DNA from: Octopus vulgaris
Taxonomy: Eukaryota
Direction: 5' to 3'
Assembly (NCBI GenBank): GCA_951406725.2
Contig: OX597830.1
Location: 61,876,001 to 61,940,000 of the forward strand
DNA length: 64,000 bases
The translations under genes were made by a program, and so were the position numbers. Each line of letters starts with the position of its first letter. Within the stretch, counting starts at the first letter, position 1. The notes beneath the pieces were generated by a model. That model was not told the origin of the DNA and made no database searches. It saw only the letters and a list, made by a program, of their open reading frames with translations. Positions 63,391-64,000 of this stretch are shown piece by piece.

Positions 63391-63761
63391 TATTAAAACA
63401 TGAAGGGAAACAAAACGAAACCCCATACTTCGTCTCAAATACTACCCTCAAATACTATCGACTCACAACCCTAGAAACAATGAGGCATACAACACTATTG
63501 TACAAAATCCACCAATGCTCATTAGGGACCTAAAGTTGAACTACATTCTTAAAACACAAATTCATTAAATGTAAAAAGCAACCCAAATCGATGAAAAGAC
63601 CACCGACAATGGCAAAACTATACACAACAACCACGAAATCAATAGTTAAAACTTGTAGGCCGACTGCAGTTCGGCCCAAGAGACGAACTGCAGTTCGGCC
63701 CAAGAGACGAACTGCAGGAAAGTGCGCCTCACAAACGGCGACCACACCTGTTCACCGTCGT

Positions 63762-63762
63762 C

Positions 63763-63825
<63 letters not shown>

Positions 63826-63826
63826 C

Positions 63827-63885
<59 letters not shown>
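63762..63885. repeat. (GATA)n microsatellite
   Basis: Direct reading. Confidence 0.95.
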
Positions 63886-63890
63886 ATAAC

Positions 63891-64000
63891 TTTCTTTATT
63901 AGCCACACAGGGCTGAATACAGAGGGGACAAATACAAATGCAGAGCTTTTCTTTTCGAGGGTGGAAAAAAATAAAAATGTAAGATTGCGATCAAAAGGGA
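63891..64000 (-). mobile_element. 3' end of a Tx1/L1-like element abutting (TCTA)n
   Basis: CAGCCCTGTGTGGCTAATAAAGAAA resembles GAGCCCTTGTGGCCAATAAAAGAA at 4377-4400. Confidence 0.5.

Noticed and set aside
63663-63717. 24-bp direct repeat, about 2.3 copies (CRISPR-like?)
   Set aside because: No spacers; a simple tandem duplication in eukaryotic DNA.

Overview
Eukaryotic, repeat-saturated, AT-rich DNA. The tRNA-derived SINE families and microsatellites resemble Octopus (cephalopod) repeats; this assignment is an inference from recall and was not verified. The only host gene found is a carbohydrate sulfotransferase (CHST-like) on the minus strand. Two of its exons (20802-20979 and 17883-18681) join in phase; its N-terminal exon was not located. 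The rest is transposon material: Tx1/L1, R4/Dong, CR1, RTE and Penelope-like retroelements (several carrying hammerhead ribozyme motifs), Gypsy, Helitrons, hAT and Merlin-like MITEs, and a 4 x ~3.26-kb SINE-bounded tandem array (50007-63040). The most striking object is a 2,707-bp near-perfect palindrome (4509-7215). It is built as LTR-PBS(tRNA-Trp)-internal | inverted internal-PBS-LTR and is flanked by a 4-bp target-site duplication (GGTA). It looks like an integrated fold-back LTR retroelement with two 5'-type ends and no 3' LTR or PPT. Also notable: an ORF1-only (HAL1-like) Tx1/L1 element inserted into a SINE head, a tRNA-SINE carrying a hammerhead core, and MITEs carrying telomere-like repeats.
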